A DNA stretch of 58,027 nucleotides from Pseudomonadales bacterium (GTDB lineage: Bacteria; Pseudomonadota; Gammaproteobacteria; Pseudomonadales; JANQJO01), in assembly GCA_028281605.1 (NCBI GenBank), contig JANQJO010000100.1:1-58027 (forward strand), written 5' to 3'. The stretch's first letter is position 1; every line of letters begins with the position of its first letter. Below the pieces are notes generated by a model that worked only from the letters and a program-made list of their open reading frames with translations, made no database searches and was not told the origin of the DNA. Made by a program: the position numbers and the translations under genes. Shown here piece by piece: positions 1 through 11,027 of the stretch.

Positions 1-208
1 CTATGGGTAATAAAAATAACAAGCCTAAATGATAAGTAATCGCAAATCCTAACAAAATAAATACAGCTACTATACCTGCAAAATGTAGGCGGCGATTGAG
101 CCGATCACTGTGCTCACACACATAAAACGACCAAAATTCTTCAAAATTACGAAACTCGTTCAAACGGCTATACCTTTGATCAATATTATGATTTTCCATA
201 ACGCTCAT
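1..208 (-). CDS. DUF962/Mpo1-like membrane protein, 5' part (runs off window start)
   Basis: Not in the ORF track. Manual translation from the ATG at 208 gives MSVMENHNIDQRYSRLNEFRNFEEFWSFYVCEHSDRLNRRLHFAGIVAVFILL. The F..FW.FY..EH....NRRLHF.G pattern is typical of DUF962. An AGGAG lies immediately upstream. Confidence 0.75.
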   Translation of the reverse strand, partial: MSVMENHNIDQRYSRLNEFRNFEEFWSFYVCEHSDRLNRRLHFAGIVAVFILLGFAITYHLGLLFLLPI

Positions 209-214
209 CTCCTA

Positions 215-1425
<1,211 letters not shown>

Positions 1426-1454
1426 TTATATCCTTACTTTGATTAAACAGCTTT

Positions 1455-1553
1455 GGAACGTGCGCGAAATAACTTTCACATTTATCACTTCTGAACTCGC
1501 TTTGCTCAAACACGCATCCGCTCTAAATGTTAAAGTTATTTCGTACACGTTCC
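1455..1553 (-). mobile_element. Family 1 palindromic MITE-like element, copy A (99 bp)
   Basis: Arms of about 29 bp (GGAACGTGCGCGAAATAACTTTCACATTT / AAATGTTAAAGTTATTTCGTACACGTTCC) around the conserved core TGAACTCGCTTTGCTCAAACACGCATCCGCTC. Abuts the yraN stop codon. Flanks TTT/CTA do not match. Confidence 0.85.
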
Positions 1554-1943
1554 CTACCAAACATTTGCTTCAAATGCATTCTGAACCCACTGGATTTGTG
1601 AACTTTGCATCACACGGCTTTGATTGGGTTCAACCGCAATCACATCAAAACGAATCAGCACGTTGTCATATAAAAAACCGTGCTTTTGTAAAAAAAACTG
1701 TGCCGTTTTTATAATTTTACGTTGTTTAGAACGGGTCACTGCTTCTAATGGACAACCATGCTGATTTTGCCGACGATATTTCACTTCCACAAAAGCTAAC
1801 TCTTTACCATCTTGAATAATCAGGTCTATTTCACCAAGACGACAACTAAAATTACGATGTAAGATTTTAACTTTGCGATCAAGCAGATATTTTTCAGCTA
1901 GTTGTTCATAGATATTTCCTATCTTCTTATTTGAAGTTAACAT
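1554..1943 (-). CDS. yraN: YraN family protein (UPF0102)
   Basis: GEIDLI, LAFVEVKYR and RFDVIAV motifs; position between lpoA and diaA. Confidence 0.92.
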   Translation of the reverse strand: MLTSNKKIGNIYEQLAEKYLLDRKVKILHRNFSCRLGEIDLIIQDGKELAFVEVKYRRQNQHGCPLEAVTRSKQRKIIKTAQFFLQKHGFLYDNVLIRFDVIAVEPNQSRVMQSSQIQWVQNAFEANVW

Positions 1944-1972
1944 GAGGACGCTCTATAATAAAGTGTTTTGCT

Positions 1973-4003
1973 TTATAATGGACTTGCACTGGTATTATTT
2001 CCATCCTCAAAAGCACCTAAACCTGGCTCAATCCTTACTGGTTCACCTGTATCAAAAGTTGCCCATAGGCTATAACGCTCAATACGCTGACCGGGCCCCA
2101 TGCTCAACTGACCCGTTAAACCCTCCACAATGACCTCAGGTGTCTGGATCAATAACTCCAAACGAGGAAACAATTGGTATGCATCTATACCCAACGCGAA
2201 CAGACGTGGTAATCTCACAGTATCACGTGAAACCACATCCGTAAAAGCATGGTTGGGATCTAAAAACCAGGGAATGTCAGTAAATTCTATACCATTTAAG
2301 TCCTTATCTAAACCAGGATTATTTTTACCTGAAAAAATATGTGAAACTGAGAAAACTGGTAAATCACCAGCAAAATAAAAATTTAATGCCGGTTTAAGTT
2401 GGCGTGCTTGCTTAGCATTACCAAATACTACGATAAAATCCAGATCTTGACGTCGTCTCGGAACAAATTCAACAGAACGACCTAAAGTCTGACGAATGCG
2501 CCTATGTCTGGCTTCACTTTCATGCACATTCAGTAAATACTTGATGGTCTTTGAATAATCTTTGTTACCACCATAGCTGCTGGTAGCTCCTAACATCCCT
2601 CCCAGGTCGGTCCACTTATCACCAAAAGCTTTTAACATTCTATAACCCCAATCTGTATCAGGATAAACCACAGCACCAACATGATACCCCTCCATCGCCG
2701 CACGCTCAGCAATTTGTCGAGCTTCATCTTCGGCTGCTAAACCAAACTGTATTAAATTTGGTAGTGGTTCTGCTGGTGTTAAATACTGTGCCTCTGCTTT
2801 TTGCGCTGAAGGCTCTAATTGCGCTGAAGGCTCTAATTGCGCTGAAGGCTCTAACTTTTTTATTTTCTGGCCTGTTTGCTGGCCTGTTTGCTGAATTGAA
2901 GGTTCTACCCAATAATTTAGCGCTAAAGTTGGTACAGACAGTGTTTCCAGTCGACTTAATTCTCTCACACGGTCTTTTTCTAAAGGACCAATCACTACAG
3001 CTGCGCCTGCATCAACGGCTTGTTGATACAATGCTACAGTTTTTACAGTTGTGTCAGTGTCAATAATGAGTAACTCTGGAACCGATTGATTGCTGGCTAA
3101 AGCCGCATAATAACCCGCCAAAAAACCTCGTAAAACGGTTTTACCCGCTTCACCATAGCGTCCTTCACTAGGCAATAGTAAAGCCACTTGCTTAGGCTGA
3201 TTAATAACAGCTTTTTTTAGTAACTCTAAAGATACAGGCAAGTGCAAATGTGCTGGATGCTGAGGCCAACGGCTTAACCAAGCATCTATGGCTCGCACTT
3301 GTGCTTGTAAGCTATTAGTTTCTTGTTTACCCACCAAAGCAAGGTTAATCCAACCTTTTAGGTCTTCATGAGGGACCACATCTTTAAGCGCCATTAGCGT
3401 TGTGGTTGTGAGCCGACCTAAACTACGCCAAATAGCCTCATTGTTCTCTGCAATTTCCCGTTCTGAGGGCAACTGAGGACCCAGCATAACTCGCTCACGT
3501 GCACTAGCTAAATATTGGCCCGCATTTTCGTGCGCCAGGGCTCTTAACCGCTTTATTTTAATTTGCTCAGCAACTCGAGCAGAACCAATAATATCAAATA
3601 AATCATAGCGGTTTGTAGTTAACACTGATACGGCTTCTTGTGCTTTATTATCTGCTAAGGCCAACTCTGCCATTGCTATGATATAAAGAGGCTTTATCGC
3701 AGCTGGCAATTGCTTAAAATTAACTTCAGCTAGCAAGCTAGCGGCTGTTTCTATATCAGGATCAGATTGCCTAACATAAGCAACTACAGCCTTTAATAAC
3801 CACTGACTTTGTTTTAACCCAGAGCTTTTCCTAGCTCTGGCCAACAACTGTCGAGCCGTTAAAGGCTCAGCACCAGCAGGCAAAATCGCTTGTGGCATAG
3901 GTCTAACATCAGCATTGCGTATATCTGCGCTAGGCTGACAACCACCTAGCATTAAAACAATAAGAAAAAATAAAAATGCTCTTAAACTACATATCATAAT
4001 CAA
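1973..4003 (-). CDS. lpoA: Penicillin-binding protein activator LpoA (LppC family lipoprotein)
   Basis: Lipobox LGGC; WPQHPA, VALLLP, IGPLEK, FGLAAEDEARQ and RLFALGIDAY motifs; divergent from rsmI. Confidence 0.9.
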   Translation of the reverse strand: MIMICSLRAFLFFLIVLMLGGCQPSADIRNADVRPMPQAILPAGAEPLTARQLLARARKSSGLKQSQWLLKAVVAYVRQSDPDIETAASLLAEVNFKQLPAAIKPLYIIAMAELALADNKAQEAVSVLTTNRYDLFDIIGSARVAEQIKIKRLRALAHENAGQYLASARERVMLGPQLPSEREIAENNEAIWRSLGRLTTTTLMALKDVVPHEDLKGWINLALVGKQETNSLQAQVRAIDAWLSRWPQHPAHLHLPVSLELLKKAVINQPKQVALLLPSEGRYGEAGKTVLRGFLAGYYAALASNQSVPELLIIDTDTTVKTVALYQQAVDAGAAVVIGPLEKDRVRELSRLETLSVPTLALNYWVEPSIQQTGQQTGQKIKKLEPSAQLEPSAQLEPSAQKAEAQYLTPAEPLPNLIQFGLAAEDEARQIAERAAMEGYHVGAVVYPDTDWGYRMLKAFGDKWTDLGGMLGATSSYGGNKDYSKTIKYLLNVHESEARHRRIRQTLGRSVEFVPRRRQDLDFIVVFGNAKQARQLKPALNFYFAGDLPVFSVSHIFSGKNNPGLDKDLNGIEFTDIPWFLDPNHAFTDVVSRDTVRLPRLFALGIDAYQLFPRLELLIQTPEVIVEGLTGQLSMGPGQRIERYSLWATFDTGEPVRIEPGLGAFEDGNNTSASPL
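2801..2893. repeat. In-frame tandem repeats inside lpoA
   Basis: 18-bp unit TTGCGCTGAAGGCTCTAA x3 (2801-2854, LEPSAQ x3) and 12-bp unit CTGGCCTGTTTG x2+ (2867-2893, QQTG x2). Confidence 0.9.
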
Positions 4004-4122
4004 CTTAACACCACCAATGATTGCTATTAAGTGTTCACTGCTAATACAATACTACCGAGTAATCGTGTTCATAAAAACCGTATTTTAAGAAATTAAGCCG
4101 CTATGGTATCATAAAAAAGCTA

Positions 4123-4965
4123 ATGGTAATGAATTCGGGAAAGTTGTATGTTATATCAACACCTATAGGTCATCTGGGTGACATCACCTTGCGCGCCATC
4201 GAAATCTTACAGGATGTCGACTTGATTTTAGCGGAAGACACGCGTCATAGTCACAAGCTCATGAAACACTACAATATAAGCACACACCTTCACTCTTTTC
4301 ACGAACACAACGAAAAAAAGCTGCTACCTCAATGCCTGGCGTGGCTTGAAGCAGGCAAAAATCTTGCGCTGATCTCAGATGCTGGCACCCCTTTAATCAG
4401 CGACCCTGGGTTCTCTTTGATACGTGCTGTCGCTGACGCTCAATATACAATTTTACCTATTCCTGGCCCATCTGCTTTTGTTGCAGCTCTCAGTGTCTCA
4501 GGTTTGCCTGTGCATGACATTAGATTTTTAGGTTTTCTGCCAGCAAAAGCAGTTGCACGCAATAAGTTGATTACCTCACTTAAAGACAGTAACAGCACCT
4601 TGATTTTCTACGAATCTCCACACCGACTGTTGGATACTTTAACCGATTTAGAACGCATCCTAGGAAAAGATAGACAAACTGTTCTAGCCCATGAAATGAC
4701 AAAAACCCATGAGTCTTTTCAGCGTGGCAGGCTTGAGCAGTGTCGAGCAGCTTTACAAAGCCAAGCACACAATCCTAAGGGTGAGTGGGTTATTTTAATC
4801 GCTGCTCAGTCTAAACCTTCCTCTAATCAAGTCAATATAAGCCTTGAAGCAGAAGCATTATTGGCATTACTTAAACCTCATGTCTCCACTAAAATTGCTG
4901 CGCAAATTGCATCAGATTACCTTGGGGGTAGCAAAAGAGTTTACTATAATTTTTTACTCAATTAA
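4123..4965 (+). CDS. rsmI: 16S rRNA (cytidine1402-2'-O)-methyltransferase
   Basis: LYVISTPIGHLGDIT, AEDTRHS, SDAGTPLISDPG and FYESPHR motifs. Confidence 0.95.
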   Translation: MVMNSGKLYVISTPIGHLGDITLRAIEILQDVDLILAEDTRHSHKLMKHYNISTHLHSFHEHNEKKLLPQCLAWLEAGKNLALISDAGTPLISDPGFSLIRAVADAQYTILPIPGPSAFVAALSVSGLPVHDIRFLGFLPAKAVARNKLITSLKDSNSTLIFYESPHRLLDTLTDLERILGKDRQTVLAHEMTKTHESFQRGRLEQCRAALQSQAHNPKGEWVILIAAQSKPSSNQVNISLEAEALLALLKPHVSTKIAAQIASDYLGGSKRVYYNFLLN

Positions 4966-4998
4966 AATAATTTTTGTTTGTATGAAGCGTCTCTCTAG

Positions 4999-5097
4999 GG
5001 AATGGTCACGAAATAACTTTAACATTTGGGGCGGATGTTTGTCTGAGCGAAGCGAGTTCAGCAGCGGAAAATGTTAAAGTTATTTCGTGACCATTCC
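4999..5097 (+). mobile_element. Family 1 MITE-like element, copy B (99 bp)
   Basis: Perfect 29-bp inverted arms GGAATGGTCACGAAATAACTTTAACATTT; core GCGGATGTTTGTCTGAGCGAAGCGAGTTCAGCAGCG; TAG direct repeat on both sides. Confidence 0.88.
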
Positions 5098-5232
5098 TAG
5101 TCGACTGTTTTATCTATTATTTTATTTTTCGAGCTGAACTGATGAAAAAAATGATGAGAACAAACACACAAGCCCAGAAAAAACATAAAAGTTAATAGCT
5201 GCTTTCTCAGAAATATAACCGCTGAAAGTTAA

Positions 5233-7614
5233 TTATTTTATATAAGTGATATAAATCGAATAGCGCACATCAGACACAGTACTACTGCCAAACTCACTAG
5301 GCATATTGTCGTCAGCCTGAGCATTCCACGTTACGTTCGCATCGGCTCGCCCTGGCGCACTCTCTGCAAAAGCAATACCTGGATTGATTTCATAAACCCA
5401 AGCTACCCATATAGGTGTCTCGGCAGCCACTTCCACCACATTTTCCAATTCAACCGTCTGCCATCCATCTTGATCACTAACAGCCGTCACAGCCGTTTTT
5501 GCCAACAACGCACCCGGCACACCACCATTGTCGGCGTACACTCCCAAAACAAAACTACCCGTACCAGCCTTATGGTACATAGTAATACTACTCACAGTCC
5601 CAGCCTCAGGCATGGTAAAAGGCATGGCACGCCTATCCGGTGCATTCGTAATACCTCCTAAAATGCTGGTTTCACCCAGATCAGCTGTATTGAGTTCATT
5701 CATCGCATTAACTTCAATGCTCATCGTTGCCATTGCATTGGCTTGTCCATCACTGACCTCCACTGTAAAAATATTCGTACCTAAATCTACTTCTAAGGGC
5801 GTGCCACTCAGTGCACCTTCAACCGCTACCGACAACCACTGCGGTCCAGCAACCTTGCTAAAGGTCAGAGGATCAGCATCAGCATCATTGGCATGAGCCG
5901 CTAAGCTAACACCACTGTAAGCTTCCCCAACAGTTGCAGCGTCCTGGACAATCGGGTCCATATCAAATACTGGAGGCATGTTATTATTGTTATCATTAAC
6001 ACCAGATCTATAACTGGCGTAAATTGAATAACGCAGATCTACTACTGTACTACCCCCAAAACTACTGGGCATATTATCACCTTGAGCATCCCAAACCACA
6101 TTCGCATCAGCTCGTCCTGGGCTGCCTTCAGCAAAAGCAATACCAGGATTAATCTCATAAATCCACGCCAACCATATCGGCATTTGCGCAACGACCTCCA
6201 CAGCACTTTCCAACTCAATGGTTTGCCAACCGGCAACATCACTAACTGCTGTCACAGGAGTTTTGCCTAACAAAGCACCTGGAAAACCTGCATCATCCGC
6301 ATATACAGCCAGCTGCATGTTACCATTGCCTGCCATATGATACATGGTCACACTTATTAATTGACCTGCTTTGGACGTCATAAACGGCATGGCTCGCCTG
6401 TCTGAAGCCACCGTCATATCTGGTAAGATATTAGTTTCACCCACTGCCTCTATATTATCAGGAACAGGATCAGGTACATTAACAGCAGGATTCACCAAAA
6501 TATTCAGCACAGCTGTTGCCATCGCCTGTCCATCACTGACCACAACCGTAAACGTATTAACACCGACATCAGCTACTAAGGGTGTGCCCGTTAAAGCTCC
6601 ATCATCTGCCACTGATAACCAGGCCGCCCCTGCCACTTTACTAAAAACCAAGGTATCTGCATCCGCATCACTGGCATCACCTTGCAAAGTCGCACTGTAA
6701 GGAAGGTCTTGGGTGGCAGCATCTTTGACAATCGGATCAACAACAAACACTGGTGCTGTATTATTATTTGCTTCATTGACTACAATAGTCAACATCGCTG
6801 TTGCTACAGCTTGACCATCACTAACCTCTATACTAAAAGTATTCAAGCCAAGATCTTCAACTGCAGGAATACCACTTAAAACACCATCAGATTCTATCAA
6901 TAACCAACTTGGACCAGCTACTTTGCTAAAAGTTAAATTATCATCATCTGCATCTATAACATCAGCTGCCAACGTAGCTGTATAAGCCAACCCCTGCGTC
7001 GCCTCAGGTTTAACAACAGGATTGGCTTTAAATTCGGGTGGATTGTTAATATCAACTGGAATATACTCTGCATAAATTGAGTAGCGCCATTTCGAAGTTG
7101 TACTATGACCAAAGTCATCGGGCATGTTATCAGCACCCTGCCGCCAAACTTCATTCACCGTAGCACGCCCAGGCAACCCTTCACCATAAACAATACCTGG
7201 ATTGTTATCATACACCCAAGCCAACCAGATTCGTGTTCCTGCAAAAACACTGGCTTTTGTTTGTAAGGCAGCTCTTTGCCAACCTGCAACACCACTGACG
7301 GCAATTGTATCGGTTTTCGCTAATAACTTACCCGGTAAGCCTTTTTTATCATTATAAACCGCCAAGATCATTCTACCGTTACCAGCAAGATGGTACATAC
7401 TAACATGTGTTATTTCACCATCTTCCGGCATAGAAAAAGGCATAGCACGACGACTGTCGCTAGCAATCGTATGCGGCATCACCTCAGTAACACCCACAGA
7501 TTTTGTCTCACTCGACACTTGTTCATGTTCAGCAATCGCAAAAGGTAAATAGAGACAGCAATATAATACAAATAAATTCAAGAGATAAAAGATATTTTTT
7601 ATGTAATAAGACAT
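5233..7614 (-). CDS. Secreted modular protein: three ~145-aa repeats interleaved with three cadherin/He_PIG-like Ig domains
   Basis: N-terminal signal-like segment. Repeated RRAMPF..MYH..G...GWQ..W.AW.Y..NPGI..RYSIY unit; repeated N..P.F....D.D.D.L.FSKVAG..WL.....G.L.G.P....G.N.F...VSDGQA unit. Confidence 0.75.
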   Translation of the reverse strand: MSYYIKNIFYLLNLFVLYCCLYLPFAIAEHEQVSSETKSVGVTEVMPHTIASDSRRAMPFSMPEDGEITHVSMYHLAGNGRMILAVYNDKKGLPGKLLAKTDTIAVSGVAGWQRAALQTKASVFAGTRIWLAWVYDNNPGIVYGEGLPGRATVNEVWRQGADNMPDDFGHSTTSKWRYSIYAEYIPVDINNPPEFKANPVVKPEATQGLAYTATLAADVIDADDDNLTFSKVAGPSWLLIESDGVLSGIPAVEDLGLNTFSIEVSDGQAVATAMLTIVVNEANNNTAPVFVVDPIVKDAATQDLPYSATLQGDASDADADTLVFSKVAGAAWLSVADDGALTGTPLVADVGVNTFTVVVSDGQAMATAVLNILVNPAVNVPDPVPDNIEAVGETNILPDMTVASDRRAMPFMTSKAGQLISVTMYHMAGNGNMQLAVYADDAGFPGALLGKTPVTAVSDVAGWQTIELESAVEVVAQMPIWLAWIYEINPGIAFAEGSPGRADANVVWDAQGDNMPSSFGGSTVVDLRYSIYASYRSGVNDNNNNMPPVFDMDPIVQDAATVGEAYSGVSLAAHANDADADPLTFSKVAGPQWLSVAVEGALSGTPLEVDLGTNIFTVEVSDGQANAMATMSIEVNAMNELNTADLGETSILGGITNAPDRRAMPFTMPEAGTVSSITMYHKAGTGSFVLGVYADNGGVPGALLAKTAVTAVSDQDGWQTVELENVVEVAAETPIWVAWVYEINPGIAFAESAPGRADANVTWNAQADDNMPSEFGSSTVSDVRYSIYITYIK

Positions 7615-7829
7615 ACGCTACTATCCAATTTTACCAATTTTAATTTTTATCATTACTTCAAGTAGATATTCCTTTAAACCAATCAAATTATTACGAAACT
7701 TCAGACAGGCACTCAAAATTCTGTAGACCAGTTTGGCACAGCAAATTTTGAGCATCAATTAGAAACAGCGGGGTTTTTACACAAGTACAACAAAAGCCCA
7801 CTTAGACCGAGACAGGTCAATATAAATTA

Positions 7830-9092
7830 CTAAAAACCCTTAATTGTCCCATCAGGCCAACGACGTACAGCCAAGCAAGCATTGGTTCCACCAAAGCCAA
7901 AAGAATTTGATAATGCTACCTGTATTGACATTGGTCGTGCTTGGTTAGGCACGAAGTCAAGGTCACAACCTTGACCACACTGCTGCAAATTCAAAGTTGG
8001 GGGGGCTACTTGATGTATCAAAGCCAAAACGGTAACCGCAGCTTCTACAGCACCAGCTGCCCCCAGCATATGACCTAACATGGATTTAGTCGAACTGATC
8101 GGAACAGCCGATGCCTTATCACCAAACAAGGCCTTTACGGCCAATACCTCGGCCAAATCCCCCAACACCGTCGAAGTACCGTGTGCATTAATGTAGTCAA
8201 CCTGCCCAGGGCCAATTCCTGCGTCACTCAAAGCATTGGCCATAGCCAAACAGGCACCTTCACCTGATTTCAGTGGAGCTGTAACATGGTGCGCATCACT
8301 GCTCATACCAAAACCTGCAATTTCAGCATAAATACGAGTGCCACGCGCTTGAGCATGCTCCAACGATTCTAACACCAGAATACCCGCACCGTCAGACAAT
8401 ACAAAACCATCACGATCTTGATCCCAAGGACGACTGGCTGCTTGTGGATCGTCATTGCGCGTAGACAATGCTCTGGCTGCAGCAAAGCCAGCCATCCCCA
8501 AACAGGCAGAACCTTTTTCAGCACCGCCGGCCAAAGCTATATCAATATCTCCAGATGCAATCAGCCGAGCCGCCATACCAATACTGTGTGTCCCAGAAGT
8601 GCACGCCGTAGACAAACAGAGACTAGGCCCCATAGCACCGAACAAAATCGACAGATGCCCAGCCGCAAGATTCGTGATACTACCAGGAACAAAAAAAGGA
8701 GATAGCCGTTTTGGCCCCTTTTCCAGCAACAGCTCATGTTGCTGTTCAATGGTGCCAATGCCACCAATGCCAGAACCAACGCAAACACCAAAGCGCGCTG
8801 GCTTGACTATATTTACATCAAGATTAGCATCAGAAACCGCTTGGTATGCTGAAGCAATAGCGTATTGAATAAAAGGGTCAACACGGCGGACTTCCTTTGC
8901 CGACATAAATTCAACAGGATCGAAATTACGCACAATCCCTGCAAAACGCACGGGAAGCTTGCTGGCATCATACTCCGTAATTGGCACAACACCACTGCGA
9001 CTGGCCATTAAGGCTTGCCAAAGCTCATCAAGACCGCATCCAAGTGGTGTAACCAAACCCATACCTGTAACAACAACTCTACGACCTCTCAT
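7830..9092 (-). CDS. fabF: 3-oxoacyl-ACP synthase II
   Basis: RRVVVTGMG, catalytic TACTSG, NAHGTST, GHMLGAAG and SNSFGFGG motifs; follows acpP. Confidence 0.95.
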   Translation of the reverse strand: MRGRRVVVTGMGLVTPLGCGLDELWQALMASRSGVVPITEYDASKLPVRFAGIVRNFDPVEFMSAKEVRRVDPFIQYAIASAYQAVSDANLDVNIVKPARFGVCVGSGIGGIGTIEQQHELLLEKGPKRLSPFFVPGSITNLAAGHLSILFGAMGPSLCLSTACTSGTHSIGMAARLIASGDIDIALAGGAEKGSACLGMAGFAAARALSTRNDDPQAASRPWDQDRDGFVLSDGAGILVLESLEHAQARGTRIYAEIAGFGMSSDAHHVTAPLKSGEGACLAMANALSDAGIGPGQVDYINAHGTSTVLGDLAEVLAVKALFGDKASAVPISSTKSMLGHMLGAAGAVEAAVTVLALIHQVAPPTLNLQQCGQGCDLDFVPNQARPMSIQVALSNSFGFGGTNACLAVRRWPDGTIKGF

Positions 9093-9193
9093 ACGCTATA
9101 CAAAATATGGCAACAATTAAAATTGATAAGATAAAGTAAAGATATAGGTTCAGATTCAAGCAATAACATCAGAACTCAACTATGTCTGCATGA

Positions 9194-9427
9194 CTACTGG
9201 TGGGCATATATATAATCTATTGCTTCTTGTACTTTTGTAATCTTTTCTGCATCCTCATCAGGAATTTCCGTCTCAAACTCTTCTTCAAGCGCCATTACCA
9301 GCTCAACTGTATCCAAAGAATCAGCACCCAGATCTTCTACAAAGGACGCTTCTGGTTTGACCTCTTCTAACTTTACCCCTAGCTGTTCAGCAACAATTTT
9401 TTTAACTCGCTCTTCAACTGTACTCAT
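9194..9427 (-). CDS. acpP: Acyl carrier protein
   Basis: [38 protein letters not shown]. Start moved to the ATG at 9427; the track uses an upstream GTG at 9439. Confidence 0.97.
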   Translation of the reverse strand: MSTVEERVKKIVAEQLGVKLEEVKPEASFVEDLGADSLDTVELVMALEEEFETEIPDEDAEKITKVQEAIDYIYAHQ

Positions 9428-9641
9428 GTACCTAAGCACTCCATCGATAAAATATAAAACTAAACAGGCGCTAGTTTATAAATACAATTCCATAAAGGCA
9501 AGCACCAGTGTTGCTCCAATGTTAATATGAATAAACAAAGATTATAAATTGATATCAAAAAGATATCTTTTGATAAAATTCAGATACCTGAGGTTTTTCC
9601 CTCAACATAGCAAGAAAAAACGTTTTATTTTTGACCAGACT

Positions 9642-10328
9642 TCATGCAAAGTAGGATTCTATCGAATTCAAATCATCATCGATTTGCATAGAGAGAAACT
9701 CCCCCAAAGTGTGTAAACTAATTATCGCATTGCGCTCGGCATCATTATTATTAGTAACCGCACTGATTCGATCTGTAAAACTACTGTTAACTAGGCGCAC
9801 TTGCTTATAGATTTCATTCATGGAATCCAAACTAAAATCAGCTTTTTGTTGATTTTGTTGTTTAAAGTACTCTCTCATCAGATGAAAACTGACAACACGT
9901 AAAACCTGTTCTTCTATTGATTGACAGGGCAAATGAAAACGTGCCATAGGACGAAAATAATCCATTATTGGACAGCCACTAGCTGCCATAATGACTCCAA
10001 ATATAGACTGTAAGGTACTTTGTAAATCAGTTTTCTTGCAATACACTCGATCGGGCGTTGTCACTTCGATTTCAACTTGAGTATAGGAAATCATATCTTT
10101 AAAATCCTCCACCAAGTGCGCCAAATTAACGGCAATTGGACAATAAGGGCTTACTTCTTCCTTAAGACTGCAATTGTCACATTGGTGAAAACTCAACTTT
10201 GTCCAATCAGGAGGGGAATCTATGTCCTTCATTTCTATTCGCATAGATTCTTCATTGAGATCAATTTGATATAACTTAACCTCTTTGGTCTTACTGTCGG
10301 TAATTTTGTAAGAAATTTCAAAGCTCAT
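9642..10328 (-). CDS. Conserved hypothetical Cys-containing protein (DUF6901-like)
   Basis: WTKL.FHQC.NC.L.....YCP and SGCP.....RPMARFHLP motifs, recalled for this family. Confidence 0.6.
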   Translation of the reverse strand: MSFEISYKITDSKTKEVKLYQIDLNEESMRIEMKDIDSPPDWTKLSFHQCDNCSLKEEVSPYCPIAVNLAHLVEDFKDMISYTQVEIEVTTPDRVYCKKTDLQSTLQSIFGVIMAASGCPIMDYFRPMARFHLPCQSIEEQVLRVVSFHLMREYFKQQNQQKADFSLDSMNEIYKQVRLVNSSFTDRISAVTNNNDAERNAIISLHTLGEFLSMQIDDDLNSIESYFA

Positions 10329-10584
10329 ATCTTGTCATTATAGTGTGAGTTAGTGTTAAACCAAAATTTATATAAATATAATACGCCATTACTCAATTAG
10401 CCTAAATGAATCATAACCTTACCTCAATTGAAACATAAAAATCTGATTAAATCGAACTATGTCCGATTTAATCCAACTTCTTGTCCTGAAATATCCTCTG
10501 ATAAAAGCTGTAATAACCCTCAATGATCATTGCTAAACAGCCAAGCGCTCGGCTCTCATTAATTTTTTTAGAAGGATCAAAGTT

Positions 10585-10980
10585 ATGGTAGCAGGAATAG
10601 AAAATAATTTTCAAAATGGAGCAGTGGCACCAGGAGATATAATAGACGTAGAAGCACCCCCCCAACATGATGGCCTTGTACCTCGCGCTAATGGTATAAA
10701 CCAAAATATGCGAGAATGCTTCTCTGGTTTATATAGGGGGGCCTTAGGGCAAATCCGTACAACAATACAGGAACCTATCAACGATCTTATACAGACCGCT
10801 AGAAGGCTTTTAACTCCAAGTCAATTTCAAGGAATAATGGGAAGTATCAACTATGTAACCAGCATTGCCGCCATCATCATGATGCCAGAGGTCAGCTCAG
10901 GGCTTAAGGCAGTATGTATAACAGGAGTAACAGCCAATATGGCCAAGGATTTTTCAGCACTTTGTAATAACAATAGATAA
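10585..10980 (+). CDS. Hypothetical protein (orphan-like)
   Basis: 131-aa ORF with an AAGGA RBS-like sequence upstream and a hairpin downstream; no recognisable motif. Confidence 0.55.
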   Translation: MVAGIENNFQNGAVAPGDIIDVEAPPQHDGLVPRANGINQNMRECFSGLYRGALGQIRTTIQEPINDLIQTARRLLTPSQFQGIMGSINYVTSIAAIIMMPEVSSGLKAVCITGVTANMAKDFSALCNNNR

Positions 10981-10991
10981 TCAATAAAACA

Positions 10992-11025
10992 TGGCATGCC
11001 TAGGTATTATCTTCTAAGCATGCCA
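10992..11025. terminator. Hairpin between convergent genes (possible bidirectional terminator)
   Basis: TGGCATGCCTAG...CTAAGCATGCCA inverted repeat between the stops at 10980 and 11028. Confidence 0.5.
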
Positions 11026-11027
11026 AT

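Noticed and set aside
4966-5232. rnpB or another RNA gene after rsmI, where rnpB often lies
   Set aside because: The space is short, AT-rich and occupied by element copy B. No RNase P, tRNA or rRNA signature was recognised here or elsewhere in the window.
7734-7750. TGGCAC as a sigma-54 promoter
   Set aside because: No TGC at the -12 position, and it points away from the adjacent gene start.
9553-9575. AT-rich palindrome TATCAAAAAGATATCTTTTGATA upstream of acpP
   Set aside because: Could be an operator or weak terminator, but it is single-copy, low-complexity and cannot be assigned.
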